64,000 nucleotides of DNA from a virus (IMGVR_UViG_3300035492_000180:1353-65352), one strand, 5' to 3'. Positions 1 through 10,140 are shown, counted from the stretch's first letter. Notes: a model not told the origin generated them from the sequence alone. Program-made: numbers and translations.

Positions 1-115
1 CGAAGCACAATGGAGGCAGGCTTTAAGATGGATTATAGGAAACCACGAAGCAGTCTTAAATATATTCTTATTCTCCTTGTTTCTGCTTTTGTAATCTCAT
101 TCATCACAGCAGGAG

Positions 116-484
116 TTGCAATTTATGGCGTATAAAGTGGTAAACACTGTTTGGCTTAAAGCCAGGAAGGAGCTTTATAAGCTTCTCCTTGAAATCAGAC
201 AAGAACCTATGGGTAATGTTGGTATCTGTCAGCATCTCATGGACATGACAAGACGCACTTCAGTGATTACCTTGTTTATGTCGTACGCAAGAGAATGGCC
301 TAAAGCCTGTCCAGGTGATTTTATAATCCCTTCCGATGATATCCTGCAGACACCTCTTTCGGCATTTTACGAGGCAGAGGCAGACGGGAGGCTCTGGGAT
401 AAAAGTACGGAGTATGGTCGTATGCGCTGGGAACTGCTTGATTTTGTAATTCAAAAGCTTGGTAAAGAAATTGGAGATGAATAA
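116..484 (+). CDS. hypothetical phage protein
   Basis: 122-aa ORF, translationally coupled to the next ORF (stop/start overlap at 484); no recognisable motif. Confidence 0.6.
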   Translation: MQFMAYKVVNTVWLKARKELYKLLLEIRQEPMGNVGICQHLMDMTRRTSVITLFMSYAREWPKACPGDFIIPSDDILQTPLSAFYEAEADGRLWDKSTEYGRMRWELLDFVIQKLGKEIGDE

Positions 485-807
485 TGGATCTTAAATTTAG
501 CTACTTTTCCGTTGATAGGAAAGATAACATGCCTGCAGATGTTATCATGCAAAATTTCAACAAGCAGATGACATCCTTCTGCTTCTCTTTTGCTGACCAA
601 GTTGGAGATCTGCGTCGTCTAAACAAACAAGGTTGTTACCAAGTGCTTGCAGGTGTGGTTGAAGCTATTCTAATGATTAATGAGTCACACCCTGCGGTTG
701 ATCTGAAAAAGGTAGCAAATCTAAAGGCTCTTGCAAATATCCTCTTCACTGCTTTCCTTAATAACGATTTCATTTATATCGAAGCAACCGAACATACTAT
801 TCATTGA
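484..807 (+). CDS. hypothetical phage protein
   Basis: 107-aa ORF coupled to the upstream ORF; GGAG upstream. Confidence 0.6.
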   Translation: MDLKFSYFSVDRKDNMPADVIMQNFNKQMTSFCFSFADQVGDLRRLNKQGCYQVLAGVVEAILMINESHPAVDLKKVANLKALANILFTAFLNNDFIYIEATEHTIH

Positions 808-1254
808 GGTACACCATGACGGTTACTTTCGGCAATACTAGGGGAAAGGTGTAAAGTATGGCTAGGAAGCCATTTGTACTTGCCGAGAATATACGATAGG
901 CAGTGGACTACGCAGAGATATTGGAACTTTCTGATTTTACCTTTGTTTCAAGAGTAGATGTCTTAAAAGGTAGTGCAGGAAAAGTTTTGTATGCCCTAAC
1001 TCATTCAAGCGAGAAGACTATTCAGAAATTGTTCAAGAAATGAAGGCAAGGAGTCATCGCCTTATTGTTATATACATAGAAAAAGTCCGTGTAGGCGCTT
1101 ATCATGATCTTTAAGAGACATTTTGTAGTCCTTAGTATGTCTGAAAATGGAATATTAGGGTTCTTCAATACCTATACAGATGCTGAAGAGTATATGAAGA
1201 ACTACGAAAGCAGGCACCCTTACGATACTGTTAAAATTTATGAATAGGTGAGAA

Positions 1255-1596
1255 ATGGCCCTACAGAACTACCGCGAACGTAAAATCGGATGCCACGTTA
1301 TTCTCAAGACTACTGAGGCTGACATGGCTGCAATTCTCTTGACTGTTGGTAATGTCAAGGAAGTAGAGTTCAGGGTTGGCGAAAGGATTCTACACCCTGA
1401 GGGCATCAGTATCACACGCCTTGATGAAAAGACCTACCGTCTACAAGGTTACGATAAATGGGAGGCTGTTAATCAGCTGAAAATCCCGAGCGATCTTTTG
1501 AAGGTTGTTGAATACATCCTTGAGAATAATCTCTACGATTCTATCAGCATCCGTCATGAGGAAGAAGGAATCAAAGAAGAAATTTACCGAGAATAA
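1255..1596 (+). CDS. hypothetical phage protein
   Basis: 113-aa ORF with AGGTGAG upstream. Confidence 0.6.
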   Translation: MALQNYRERKIGCHVILKTTEADMAAILLTVGNVKEVEFRVGERILHPEGISITRLDEKTYRLQGYDKWEAVNQLKIPSDLLKVVEYILENNLYDSISIRHEEEGIKEEIYRE

Positions 1597-1714
1597 GTCT
1601 ACCTTAGACTAAAACATTAAATCCAATATTGGGTTACATCCAGACAGCTTCTTGACCATTACGGTTGAGGGGTTGTCTGGGTGTAACCCTTTTATTTTTT
1701 TTTTTGATTTTATT

Positions 1715-2095
1715 ATGAATGCATACGAAGGTTACTCTGTTTCTGAAAGATTTGAAATGTCCAGAAAGGCAAGAGAGGTCTACATTAACTTTTATGGAAA
1801 AATACCGGAAGGTATGGAGATAGATCATATTGACTGCAACCCCTTGAATAATGATATAGAGAATCTTCGTTTAGTAACACGTTCAGGAAACTTAAGAAAT
1901 AGGCGTAAGTTTACTATGAATAAAAACATCAAAGAATCTAAGTATAAAGGAGTATACTGGTGCAGGAGACGTAACAAATGGATAGCACAGATGCGTTACA
2001 ATAAAAAGACTTATTATATCGGTCAATTTGATTGCGAAGACACTGCCTATAAAGAGTGGCTTTTATTTAGAGACTCTTTTACCTTTCTTGATTAA
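1715..2095 (+). CDS. free-standing HNH endonuclease with AP2-like DNA-binding domain
   Basis: EIDHIDCNPLNNDIENLRLVT (HNH_3-type) followed by SKYKGVYW..WIAQMRYNKKTYYIGQF (AP2-like). Start moved to ATG 1715, after the hairpin and T-run at ~1668-1705. Confidence 0.85.
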   Translation: MNAYEGYSVSERFEMSRKAREVYINFYGKIPEGMEIDHIDCNPLNNDIENLRLVTRSGNLRNRRKFTMNKNIKESKYKGVYWCRRRNKWIAQMRYNKKTYYIGQFDCEDTAYKEWLLFRDSFTFLD

Positions 2096-2097
2096 CA

Positions 2098-2147
2098 TTA
2101 TTGTACTTCCAGCTTTACGCGATCCCGTCAGTTTAAGGGCCTGTGTC
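2098..2147 (+). repeat. 50-bp dispersed repeat, copy 1 (contains class B motif CCGTCAGTTTAAGGGCC)
   Basis: ttattgtacttccagctttacgcgatcccgtcagtttaagggcctgtgtc; 48/50 identical to 21413-21462. Confidence 0.95.
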
Positions 2148-2475
2148 CTCCCCTCTATTTATTATCATTAAAGTATAACGCTAAGAAGAGGATAGTAGAT
2201 AGAAGATAATCATTATGTATAGATAAGATAGAGATAGAAGAGACTAAGGAGAAGATAGATATCTCTTAGAGGAAGGGGATAAAGGGGTAGGTGATATTTA
2301 TAATAATTCTTTATTAATATATAAAGAGTACAATAGTTAGAGTACGATAAAGTAGTTGTATTGTTGAGGAGGATAATTATAAAAATAAAAATATTAAAGT
2401 ATCATATAAAGTATATTACTTTAATTATAATTAGAGATTGTACTCTATATGGTATTATTAAAGTTACGTAAATGC

Positions 2476-2512
2476 CTCTTAAGTTGAGTTATTCTTGACT
2501 TAGGAGGCTTTT
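2476..2512 (+). terminator. long hairpin followed by T-run
   Basis: gcctcttaagttgag-ttatt-cttgacttaggaggc-tttt. Confidence 0.5.
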
Positions 2513-2538
2513 AAATCGAAGGGATATTGAGGACTATC

Positions 2539-3591
2539 ATGTTAGAGTTAGGAACTGTTGATGATGAGATTGATGATCGTTATGTAGCAGCACAATCCTT
2601 CAAAAGAAAGAATATTCTGTCTCAGGAAGAAGCCCACTTCTGGTTTACCTATGATTGGAAAGAGGGTGTCTTAAAACACAGATGGGCACACTATCTGAGG
2701 AATGATAAAGCAGGATGGGCTTATAAGAGTTCTCTGCGCTTTATGTTGATGGGAAAAGTGTATTCTGTCGCCACAACAATCTGGACAATGTTCTTTGGAG
2801 AGGTTCCAAATGATTTCGTTGTTGAGTACAAAGATGGAGATTGGACTAACACGAGGATTGAGAACCTCTTCATAAGGCATTATTCATTTATTAGTCGTAA
2901 GAAGGCTAAGAGCTCTTCCTACAGATTTGAGAAAAGCTACACAGGTGTGTCCTATGTTGAAACAGACCTAGGTAAGAAAGGATGGCAGGCAAAGTTCAAA
3001 GGACACTCTTCATTTGGTAATGTCTCAAGACAAAGCCGCGTTTATGATGATATTGAGCATGCAAGAAGAGATTACGTAAAATTCAAGACTGAATACATGA
3101 GAGGTCTCTTTGTCTTCCCTCTCTGGCAAAGGAATGAGAAGGTCTATATTGAACAGGATAAGTTCTTAGAGCCGGACATGGTTGCTTATTTCAATACGCT
3201 TCCTGTTCATGAGTATCAGCTAAAGTACTGTTACAAAGATCCTTATCTGTCGAACAAAGTGTTACCTGACATGTATAGTCTCGGTGACTGCACAAACCTT
3301 CAACATCCACTTATTGTCAAGTACTTTGAGAAGTATGAAACTGTCTTCAAATCTCGGTCTAGCCATTTAAAGCTGTCTGAGAAGAAGCGCCTACGCGATC
3401 TTCTTAAAGTCACTCAAGTGCTTTATCGACTACCTGCAAAGGAAAGATACAAATTTGAGGAAGTGTTGTTCTTTCTGTCTTTTGCTCAAGTGCGTGGACA
3501 CACAAAACATTGGACAGATACAGATAAGGAGCTTCTAAACAGAGCTCTAAAAACGTATGCATTAATTAACTCTGAACAGGAGGTAAAATGA
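2539..3591 (+). CDS. degenerate HNH/AP2-like protein with C-terminal extension
   Basis: N-terminus follows the HNH-AP2 endonuclease pattern (LSQEE..YD..EG; GKVY; VVEYKDGDWTNTRIENL; YTGVS..WQAKF), but the expected His positions are substituted. Confidence 0.55.
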   Translation: MLELGTVDDEIDDRYVAAQSFKRKNILSQEEAHFWFTYDWKEGVLKHRWAHYLRNDKAGWAYKSSLRFMLMGKVYSVATTIWTMFFGEVPNDFVVEYKDGDWTNTRIENLFIRHYSFISRKKAKSSSYRFEKSYTGVSYVETDLGKKGWQAKFKGHSSFGNVSRQSRVYDDIEHARRDYVKFKTEYMRGLFVFPLWQRNEKVYIEQDKFLEPDMVAYFNTLPVHEYQLKYCYKDPYLSNKVLPDMYSLGDCTNLQHPLIVKYFEKYETVFKSRSSHLKLSEKKRLRDLLKVTQVLYRLPAKERYKFEEVLFFLSFAQVRGHTKHWTDTDKELLNRALKTYALINSEQEVK

Positions 3592-4277
3592 AGAAATTCA
3601 ATGCACCTCCATCAAGAGGTGAAGCAATTGCTGATTTCGATGATTTTGAAGGAGACCACGAAGTTCCTCCTTTTAAAGGAGATCACGGTGTACCTGTAAT
3701 AGGTTCAAACACAAAATCAAATGGTCGTCTTGATTTAGTAAGTGCCGCAAGAACAGATAAGGAACATTGGCTTGAGTACAAGAGAAACTCTTTTGTACAA
3801 GCTGGAAAAGGTAAGAGGCGTAGTTTAGGTCTTGCACCTCAAAAGCTTTTGTCTCTGAACTTCGATCCGATTGAGGCAAAAGTGATGCTGGCTGAAAAGT
3901 ATGAGATCGAGCTGGCATACCATGAAGCTTGTCGTGAAGGGCTTGTGCTGAATCCTAAGACTGGAGAGCCAAGAAGCTATAATCCACAAGCACATGGTCT
4001 TGTCATGGCCGCTTATGATAGATGCATCAACGATCTTCTGCGGTATGGCTATGCGAGAGTTCCTGAAAAGGAAGACGATCTTGGTTCTGAAATTCCTCCT
4101 GTTACCATTAGTCTTACTCTGACTGAAGAAGACATGGATGAGACTATCAATTCTGCTGTTAATGATGGTCTGATTGATAACACTGAGAATATCAGAGAGC
4201 TTGTAAAAGCCGAGATAAAGAACTTCAAAGTTCCTGTAAAGACATTCAGAGGGTATAAGGGGAACGAGGATGAGTAA
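3588..4277 (+). CDS. putative terminase small subunit
   Basis: 229-aa ORF immediately upstream of and overlapping terL; positional inference only. Confidence 0.5.
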   Translation: MKKFNAPPSRGEAIADFDDFEGDHEVPPFKGDHGVPVIGSNTKSNGRLDLVSAARTDKEHWLEYKRNSFVQAGKGKRRSLGLAPQKLLSLNFDPIEAKVMLAEKYEIELAYHEACREGLVLNPKTGEPRSYNPQAHGLVMAAYDRCINDLLRYGYARVPEKEDDLGSEIPPVTISLTLTEEDMDETINSAVNDGLIDNTENIRELVKAEIKNFKVPVKTFRGYKGNEDE

Positions 4278-5625
4278 TATCGTTCTACATAGAGGCCAAT
4301 CTCTTGTCTACAAAGATCTCTTTATCGGTAACAAAGTAAGACATGCTACAGTAGTCGCTTCTCGTGGCTTTGGCAAGAGCTATTTAGGTGGAACTGCTGT
4401 CTCTACTGCAGTGAATGAGTTGATGGAGCTTGACTTCTCTGTTCCTAATAAGAACGTATATGCTGTCGCCCCGACTCACCAGCAAGTTCAAGACATCTAC
4501 ATGCCTCTGTTGGAGTATCAGCTAGGTTCATTTAGGTATGCCTCTCGAATAGTAAGAGGCGAAGGACTTATTGAGTACCCTGGTAACGTTAACCTTAGAT
4601 TGGTCTCTTATGAAGCAATTGAAAGACTTCGTGGTAATGGCGCTTATTTCATTCTTGTTGATGAGCCTGCTTCATATGGAACAGGTGGTAACGGCCATAA
4701 AGATGCGTGGGAGTCTGTTTTACTTCCACTAATCACAACTCGCTGGTCTGCAATGAAAGCAAGAGAGTATGGCTCAAAGCCCGGTCGCTCTCTTACCATT
4801 GGAACGCCGAAGGGCTTCAATTACTTCTACGATCTATTCAATAGACCGGAGATTGACGACTCTTACAAGAGCTATCGATTCGATTACACCAAGTCGCCTA
4901 ACTTGGATCCTGAAGAAATCGAGAAAGCTCGCAGGACAATGGATCCGATTGAATTTGCTCGAGAGTATGAGGCCAGCTTCGAGGAATCAGGAAACCGTGT
5001 CTTCTATTGTTTTGATAGAACTATTCATGTAAGAAAAGATATTGAAGACTTCTTCCCTGCTACACCTGAGAGTCGTGGAGAAGATGTCCATATTAGTCTT
5101 GACTTTAACGTTGGCATTATGGCAGCATCTGCTCATGCTATTCGAGGAAGTCAAGTTCATACCATCGAAGAGTTCTCTGGGTTTCCTGATACGGAAACAA
5201 TTGCTAAGATGTTCAAGGAGCGTTACAAAGATAAAGGACATCGAGTGTTTGTCTATCCGGATCCTACAGGTAAGTCCAGAAAAACAAGCGCCGCAGTAGG
5301 TAAGACTGACTTTACAATTCTCCAGAGCTATGGCTTAGATGTTCTGGCTAAGAATGGCTCTCCTCCTATTGTGGACAGTGTGAAAGCAGTCAATAGAATG
5401 CTCAAGACAGCAGATGGTAAAATCAGCTATTATGTCTCCAATAAGTGCACAGGCACAATCAAATCATTGGAGAGAACAGCCTGGGTTGACAATAAACCAG
5501 ACTTAGCAGTGATTGATAAGTCACAAGGTGTGGAGCATTTCTCAGACGGACTGAGATACTTCTTTGATTATAAATTCCCTGTTCTTGCAGGCACAAATCG
5601 TAGTATAAGAGGAAGACATTTCTGA
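4270..5625 (+). CDS. terL: terminase large subunit
   Basis: Walker A VASRGFGKS, Walker B ILVDEPA, LTIGTPKG motif, RuvC-like DFNVG and HFSDGLRY. Confidence 0.95.
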   Translation: MSNIVLHRGQSLVYKDLFIGNKVRHATVVASRGFGKSYLGGTAVSTAVNELMELDFSVPNKNVYAVAPTHQQVQDIYMPLLEYQLGSFRYASRIVRGEGLIEYPGNVNLRLVSYEAIERLRGNGAYFILVDEPASYGTGGNGHKDAWESVLLPLITTRWSAMKAREYGSKPGRSLTIGTPKGFNYFYDLFNRPEIDDSYKSYRFDYTKSPNLDPEEIEKARRTMDPIEFAREYEASFEESGNRVFYCFDRTIHVRKDIEDFFPATPESRGEDVHISLDFNVGIMAASAHAIRGSQVHTIEEFSGFPDTETIAKMFKERYKDKGHRVFVYPDPTGKSRKTSAAVGKTDFTILQSYGLDVLAKNGSPPIVDSVKAVNRMLKTADGKISYYVSNKCTGTIKSLERTAWVDNKPDLAVIDKSQGVEHFSDGLRYFFDYKFPVLAGTNRSIRGRHF

Positions 5626-5873
5626 TGAGTATTCTTTTAAATCTGTTTATTGCATTTGACCAAGTCGTAAACTGCTGTGTAAAGATTAAGGGAGACGGTT
5701 GGGGAAAGCCTGATGAAACTCTTTCAGCAAGAGCCTATAGACTGAGAGATAAGTCAGACAGAGCATACAAGTATATAAACAAAGTATTCTTCTGGCAAGC
5801 GGATCATTGCAAGGAGGCCTATGATTCAGAAATTGAGAGGAAACATCTTCCTTCCGATTATCATTTAATTTAA
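5625..5873 (+). CDS. small conserved phage protein (DQxxN...PDETLSAR type)
   Basis: 82 aa, coupled to terL; resembles a small family often found near tail/lysis genes; function unknown. Confidence 0.55.
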   Translation: MSILLNLFIAFDQVVNCCVKIKGDGWGKPDETLSARAYRLRDKSDRAYKYINKVFFWQADHCKEAYDSEIERKHLPSDYHLI

Positions 5874-5882
5874 GGAAACGCC

Positions 5883-6485
5883 ATGGCAAGATCTAGCTTG
5901 CTTAATATTAAGGAAGACCTTGTCAGTGATGGTGGGGCCGTCCTTTGGTCAATGGTTACAGGAGAGCAACTAGAATTTCCAGTAACATTGACCTTTTTAA
6001 ACGAAGAGGATGTAAAGAACGGAGTTCAATACACCTATGAAGCTGTTGTTGTAGAAGCAGACAACATCGAACTTCAAACAGAAAAGCCAACAACAATTAG
6101 ACCAGGTGGTGTGCAAACAACATTGCAGGTCAGGGTTCCTACTTTCCTTGGTAACTGGAATCTCGGAGAGGTCTATAACTGGGAAGAGGTTGTTGCTCAC
6201 AATAATAAATACTATAAACTTGCAAGAGGGGTAGGTTATATCAGCAATTTTCCTCCTGATCAAGATATTAACTGGGTTGAGACAAAACTCAACAGAATCT
6301 ATATTCAGTTTCCAGAAAACCTTGGGTCTGCGTGGACGGTCAAGGGAACAGTTGGATCTCCTGTCTATGGTTTCTTTGAGTTGAGAGTCACTGAGCCTAC
6401 CACTCCTTATTTCAGAAGAACATGGAAACCTGTCAGAGGAATGATTGAGCTTTTGTTTAGCCCAACTGAACTTGTTCCAGGCTAA
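5883..6485 (+). CDS. putative virion structural protein
   Basis: 200-aa beta-rich ORF in the late operon with AAGGA RBS. Confidence 0.55.
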   Translation: MARSSLLNIKEDLVSDGGAVLWSMVTGEQLEFPVTLTFLNEEDVKNGVQYTYEAVVVEADNIELQTEKPTTIRPGGVQTTLQVRVPTFLGNWNLGEVYNWEEVVAHNNKYYKLARGVGYISNFPPDQDINWVETKLNRIYIQFPENLGSAWTVKGTVGSPVYGFFELRVTEPTTPYFRRTWKPVRGMIELLFSPTELVPG

Positions 6486-6496
6486 GGAGAACTTTT

Positions 6497-7645
6497 GTGA
6501 AAAAGAATCTCTATGTACATTACAAGGATCTCTTAGCTACACGCCAACAAAAAGAAGTGTATGGTAATGTACAAACTAAAGAGATTCTTGGGAAAAGTGA
6601 ACAAAAAGAAAAGAATGACGGTTTGGTATTGCCTGACGCAGATATAATTCTTACAGGCATACAGGACCACCCTTCTTTTGAGAATAAGCTATTCAACAGA
6701 AGTCTTGAGAGGGTTGAAGTTGTTGAGTATTTTGGATTGGGATTTGAGACAGGTTACATTGAACCTCCAAATTCAATTTCAGACCATATTACTCTTGAAG
6801 CACAACAGGCTGTTTACGAAAATCTCTCCACATTCTCAGGTATTCAAAAATTCGATATAGAGCTTCAATTTAATGAAGGTGAGAACTATCTTGCGGCATA
6901 TCATGATTATTTTGAAAATGCTGCAGCTCCATATTTAAACATTACTCCCCTGCTTGTTGAATCAATTTCCGTAGCGTTTATAACGAAGCGCGAGGATGCT
7001 GCCTCAGTAGGAGATTTTGTTGCTCTACAGCCAGCGAAGTTCTTTGAAGAAGTTATTAGTAATACTGAGAGTTATTTCTTTAACATCTTCCCAGGTGTTA
7101 ATGAAGATCTTCAAACATTTGAACAATTAAGTTATTCTTTTGGGACCTCTCAATCTGAAGAGGGGCTTACTGTTGATCTGGTTCAAATTTCGACGGAGAG
7201 GCCTGCAGAGGATGTTTACACCTCACAAGAAGTTTTATTGTATGCACTTGATAAGCCTGATATTTCTGAGATACTTAATACACCCGACGAAGCTTCGCTT
7301 CTTGTTGGCAAACCTGCAGAAGATGCTTTAGGTATATCAGAAGAGACACTGTTTGGTAATAATGCTCTCAAAGAAGAGAGCTCTGTCTTTACAGAGATCT
7401 TAAGTTACTCAGGTAATCAGAGCATCGCAGATATAGCAGGTTCTGTTGAAACAGTTCTCAAAATCTATTCCACAAGTTTTACCCACAGCTTTTCAAATTC
7501 AGATGTTATATCACTTTCACTTGAGAGGGCTGTTTTTGACTCTGCTAGCACTGCAGAAGTTAAAAACATGTTTCTCACAAACTATCTTCTCACACCAACC
7601 ACCTATTTCTCAGAAGAGTATATAGGTACTCGAATCTCTCTTTAG
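6497..7645 (+). CDS. putative acidic virion structural protein
   Basis: 382-aa acidic ORF with GTG start after AAGGAG; located in the tail-fibre-like block. Confidence 0.5.
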   Translation: MKKNLYVHYKDLLATRQQKEVYGNVQTKEILGKSEQKEKNDGLVLPDADIILTGIQDHPSFENKLFNRSLERVEVVEYFGLGFETGYIEPPNSISDHITLEAQQAVYENLSTFSGIQKFDIELQFNEGENYLAAYHDYFENAAAPYLNITPLLVESISVAFITKREDAASVGDFVALQPAKFFEEVISNTESYFFNIFPGVNEDLQTFEQLSYSFGTSQSEEGLTVDLVQISTERPAEDVYTSQEVLLYALDKPDISEILNTPDEASLLVGKPAEDALGISEETLFGNNALKEESSVFTEILSYSGNQSIADIAGSVETVLKIYSTSFTHSFSNSDVISLSLERAVFDSASTAEVKNMFLTNYLLTPTTYFSEEYIGTRISL

Positions 7646-7654
7646 GAGTTTTAA

Positions 7655-8107
7655 ATGATTATTGAAAACCTGAAAGCTTCCGGTCAACTCTCCATTGTTG
7701 TTACTGACGAGTTTGGTAAAGTCAAAGAACAAGTCGAGCGTAATCTTGTTGTTACTGCAGGCAAGGCCTTTGTCACTAGCCGAATTACTGGCACAAGCTC
7801 TGCCGTAATGTCTCATATGGCTGTGGGTACAGGTACAGCGGCTGCTGCAGCTGCAGATACAGCTCTTGGCACTCAAGTCGCACGTGTTGCACTAGGTTCG
7901 ACAACGCGTGTAACAACAACCGTTACAAATGATGCTGTTCAGTATGTTGCAACATTCCCTGCAGGAACAGGCACAGGCGCCCTTACCGAAGCAGGGTTGT
8001 TCAATGCTGCCTCAGGCGGTGATATGTTTGCGCGCACAGTCTTTCCCGTTATCAACAAAGGTGCGAACGACAGTATCACGATTACTTGGAAAATCACCAT
8101 TTCTTGA
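7655..8107 (+). CDS. tail-fibre-associated structural protein
   Basis: NLVVTAGK...SHMAVGTG...LTEAGLFNAASGGDMFARTVF, a pattern typical of phage tail-fibre N-terminal-like proteins. Confidence 0.65.
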   Translation: MIIENLKASGQLSIVVTDEFGKVKEQVERNLVVTAGKAFVTSRITGTSSAVMSHMAVGTGTAAAAAADTALGTQVARVALGSTTRVTTTVTNDAVQYVATFPAGTGTGALTEAGLFNAASGGDMFARTVFPVINKGANDSITITWKITIS

Positions 8108-8127
8108 TAAAACTGGGGAGCCTTAGT

Positions 8128-8475
8128 ATGGCAACTATTGTTACACGAGAGGTAGGAGCTACTGCTAAAGGCTCCCCTCTTACAAATGCTGAGTTTGATA
8201 ATAACATTATCAATCTTAATACAGATAAGGCAGAGATCTCCGAAACAGTTCAGATGACCGACATCGGTACTGCGCCCAACGAGATTTCGCTGAATCAGTT
8301 TCTTGGCGATCTTGCTTTCCAAGATAGCCGCGCCGTCGTGCTTAAGCCGCAGCCAAGCGTTGTCCCCGCAGGCGTTGGCGACATGGTGTTCCAGCTAACC
8401 AATGACACCACGCTAGTCGTGAAGGTGAAGGGCAGCGACGGCACCGTGCGCTCGGCAACCCTCACGCTGGCGTAA
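8128..8475 (+). CDS. tail fibre N-terminal-like protein
   Basis: MATIVTR..KGSPLTNAEFDNN anchor-like motif; codon style becomes GC-rich after ~8255. Confidence 0.6.
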   Translation: MATIVTREVGATAKGSPLTNAEFDNNIINLNTDKAEISETVQMTDIGTAPNEISLNQFLGDLAFQDSRAVVLKPQPSVVPAGVGDMVFQLTNDTTLVVKVKGSDGTVRSATLTLA

Positions 8476-8488
8476 TCGGAGAACACAC

Positions 8489-9745
8489 ATGGCTATTCAA
8501 GACAAATACCCAAGCATTAAGCCTTCCTTAAATCTGGATTTTGCGAATACCAAATCCCTTGACCCGAGGATTGAATTCACCCGTGCATCATCGGCTACGT
8601 ATTTTGATGAATTCGGTGTGATGCGCTCTGCGTCGAATAACGCCCCACGTATCGATCACAATCCAGCCACAGGCGAATGCCTTGGGCTGTTAGTTGAGGA
8701 ACAGCGAACGAATCTACTGACGTACTCGGAGCAGTTTGATAACGCAGCTTGGGCGAAAACAAGCGTCAACCTCAGTAGCGCGGCCAATGTAGCCCCAAAT
8801 GGTATTCAGGCCGCCACTCTTGTGGTGCCAACAACCGATTTTGGTTCACATAAGGTGTCTTCTCCGAGCATCTCGTTTGGCGCGTCCCTGCCCGTCTGTG
8901 GCTCCGTGTATTTCAAGGCAGGCGGCTACTCTCGATTGCGCCTCCGTTTAGGTCAAAGCTCCGGGTTCTTAACCGACGTGGTTGCTGACGCGAGTGCCGG
9001 CACCGTTGTTGAGGGCAACACTGCCAATGCCGCGATCATTCCTATTGGTAATGGCTGGTATCGCTTCAGCGTTTTCGGTAAGACCGGCACGAGCAACACG
9101 TCGGTTACGTATCAGCTTTGGGTTTATGATAATTCTGGCAGCGCCGGCGCGCCTGAGTTTTCTGGCGACGGCACATCCGGCGTTTACATCTGGGGCGCAC
9201 AACTTGAAGCCGGATCATTCCCCACCAGCTACATCAAGACCGAAGCCACTGCCGCAACCCGCGCAGCGGATAGCGCAGTGATGAAGGGGGCGAATTTCTC
9301 TAGCTGGTATCGGCAGGACGAGGGGACGTTGTTTGCAGAGGCTTCAGTGACCGGTCCAAACTCGGCAGATACAACCACGACAGGCATTGTCACGCTTGGC
9401 AACAGCTCGACTACTGACTTTATGGGGATCACCGCAAGAACAGACAATTTAAGCGCGAGATTTGTGGTTACTCCGGGGAGTTCGCTTTTAACATCAGGAG
9501 GCGCGTTTCCATTTAATACCTTTGCGAAGTTCGCGGCGGCGTACAAGAGTCTGTCGTTCGGATTCTCGCATAATGGTGGAATCTTGACGAACTCAGCCAA
9601 CACGGTCAGCGCCAGCTATCCGACCGAATTGATAATTGGTGCGTACTACATAACAACAAACAGGCGGCTCAACGGAAGCATTAAACGCATTACTTACTAC
9701 CCCAAGCGCCTCATAAACGCAAAGCTCCAGACACTCACTCAATAA
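8489..9745 (+). CDS. tail fibre / receptor-binding protein (carbohydrate-binding/ConA-like folds)
   Basis: FTRASSATYFD..PRIDH..GLLVEEQRTNLL..IWGAQLE..TSYI..TRAAD pattern seen in phage tail proteins. Confidence 0.7.
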   Translation: MAIQDKYPSIKPSLNLDFANTKSLDPRIEFTRASSATYFDEFGVMRSASNNAPRIDHNPATGECLGLLVEEQRTNLLTYSEQFDNAAWAKTSVNLSSAANVAPNGIQAATLVVPTTDFGSHKVSSPSISFGASLPVCGSVYFKAGGYSRLRLRLGQSSGFLTDVVADASAGTVVEGNTANAAIIPIGNGWYRFSVFGKTGTSNTSVTYQLWVYDNSGSAGAPEFSGDGTSGVYIWGAQLEAGSFPTSYIKTEATAATRAADSAVMKGANFSSWYRQDEGTLFAEASVTGPNSADTTTTGIVTLGNSSTTDFMGITARTDNLSARFVVTPGSSLLTSGGAFPFNTFAKFAAAYKSLSFGFSHNGGILTNSANTVSASYPTELIIGAYYITTNRRLNGSIKRITYYPKRLINAKLQTLTQ

Positions 9746-9753
9746 GGACCACC

Positions 9754-10140
9754 ATGAAACGCATTATCGTATCTGCACCTTCCAGCATCACGCTCGATCA
9801 ACTCACGGCTGAACAGCAGCTCGGCCTTGAGTCGGTGCTGGCTCAATTCGTCATGCCAATGCCGGGAACGATCCCGCATGACGAGCAGCAAATCATCGAC
9901 TGCGTGATGAAAGACAACTTCGATCCTCAAGCCATTGCCGATCTTGGTTTTCCATTCACTACTATGGGCTATTGGTCATGGGATGGCATTAACCCTGTCG
10001 AGACGGTTGTTACGCTTAACCCGGACTTTATTCACTTCCTGCCGGATCGTGTGACCTTTGACGAAGAAGGTAATGAACTCTCTCGCCTGCCACCTGTGTT
10101 GGCGCTGCCTCACGCTTGGGCTGGTTGGCCTGTAATTTAA
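9754..10140 (+). CDS. hypothetical protein following the tail fibre
   Basis: 128-aa ORF with AAGGA RBS; same GC-rich codon style as the fibre. Confidence 0.6.
   Translation: MKRIIVSAPSSITLDQLTAEQQLGLESVLAQFVMPMPGTIPHDEQQIIDCVMKDNFDPQAIADLGFPFTTMGYWSWDGINPVETVVTLNPDFIHFLPDRVTFDEEGNELSRLPPVLALPHAWAGWPVI

Noticed and set aside
842-848. Second GGGAAAG slippery heptamer in a tiny ORF
   Set aside because: The -1 frame stops after about five codons; likely chance
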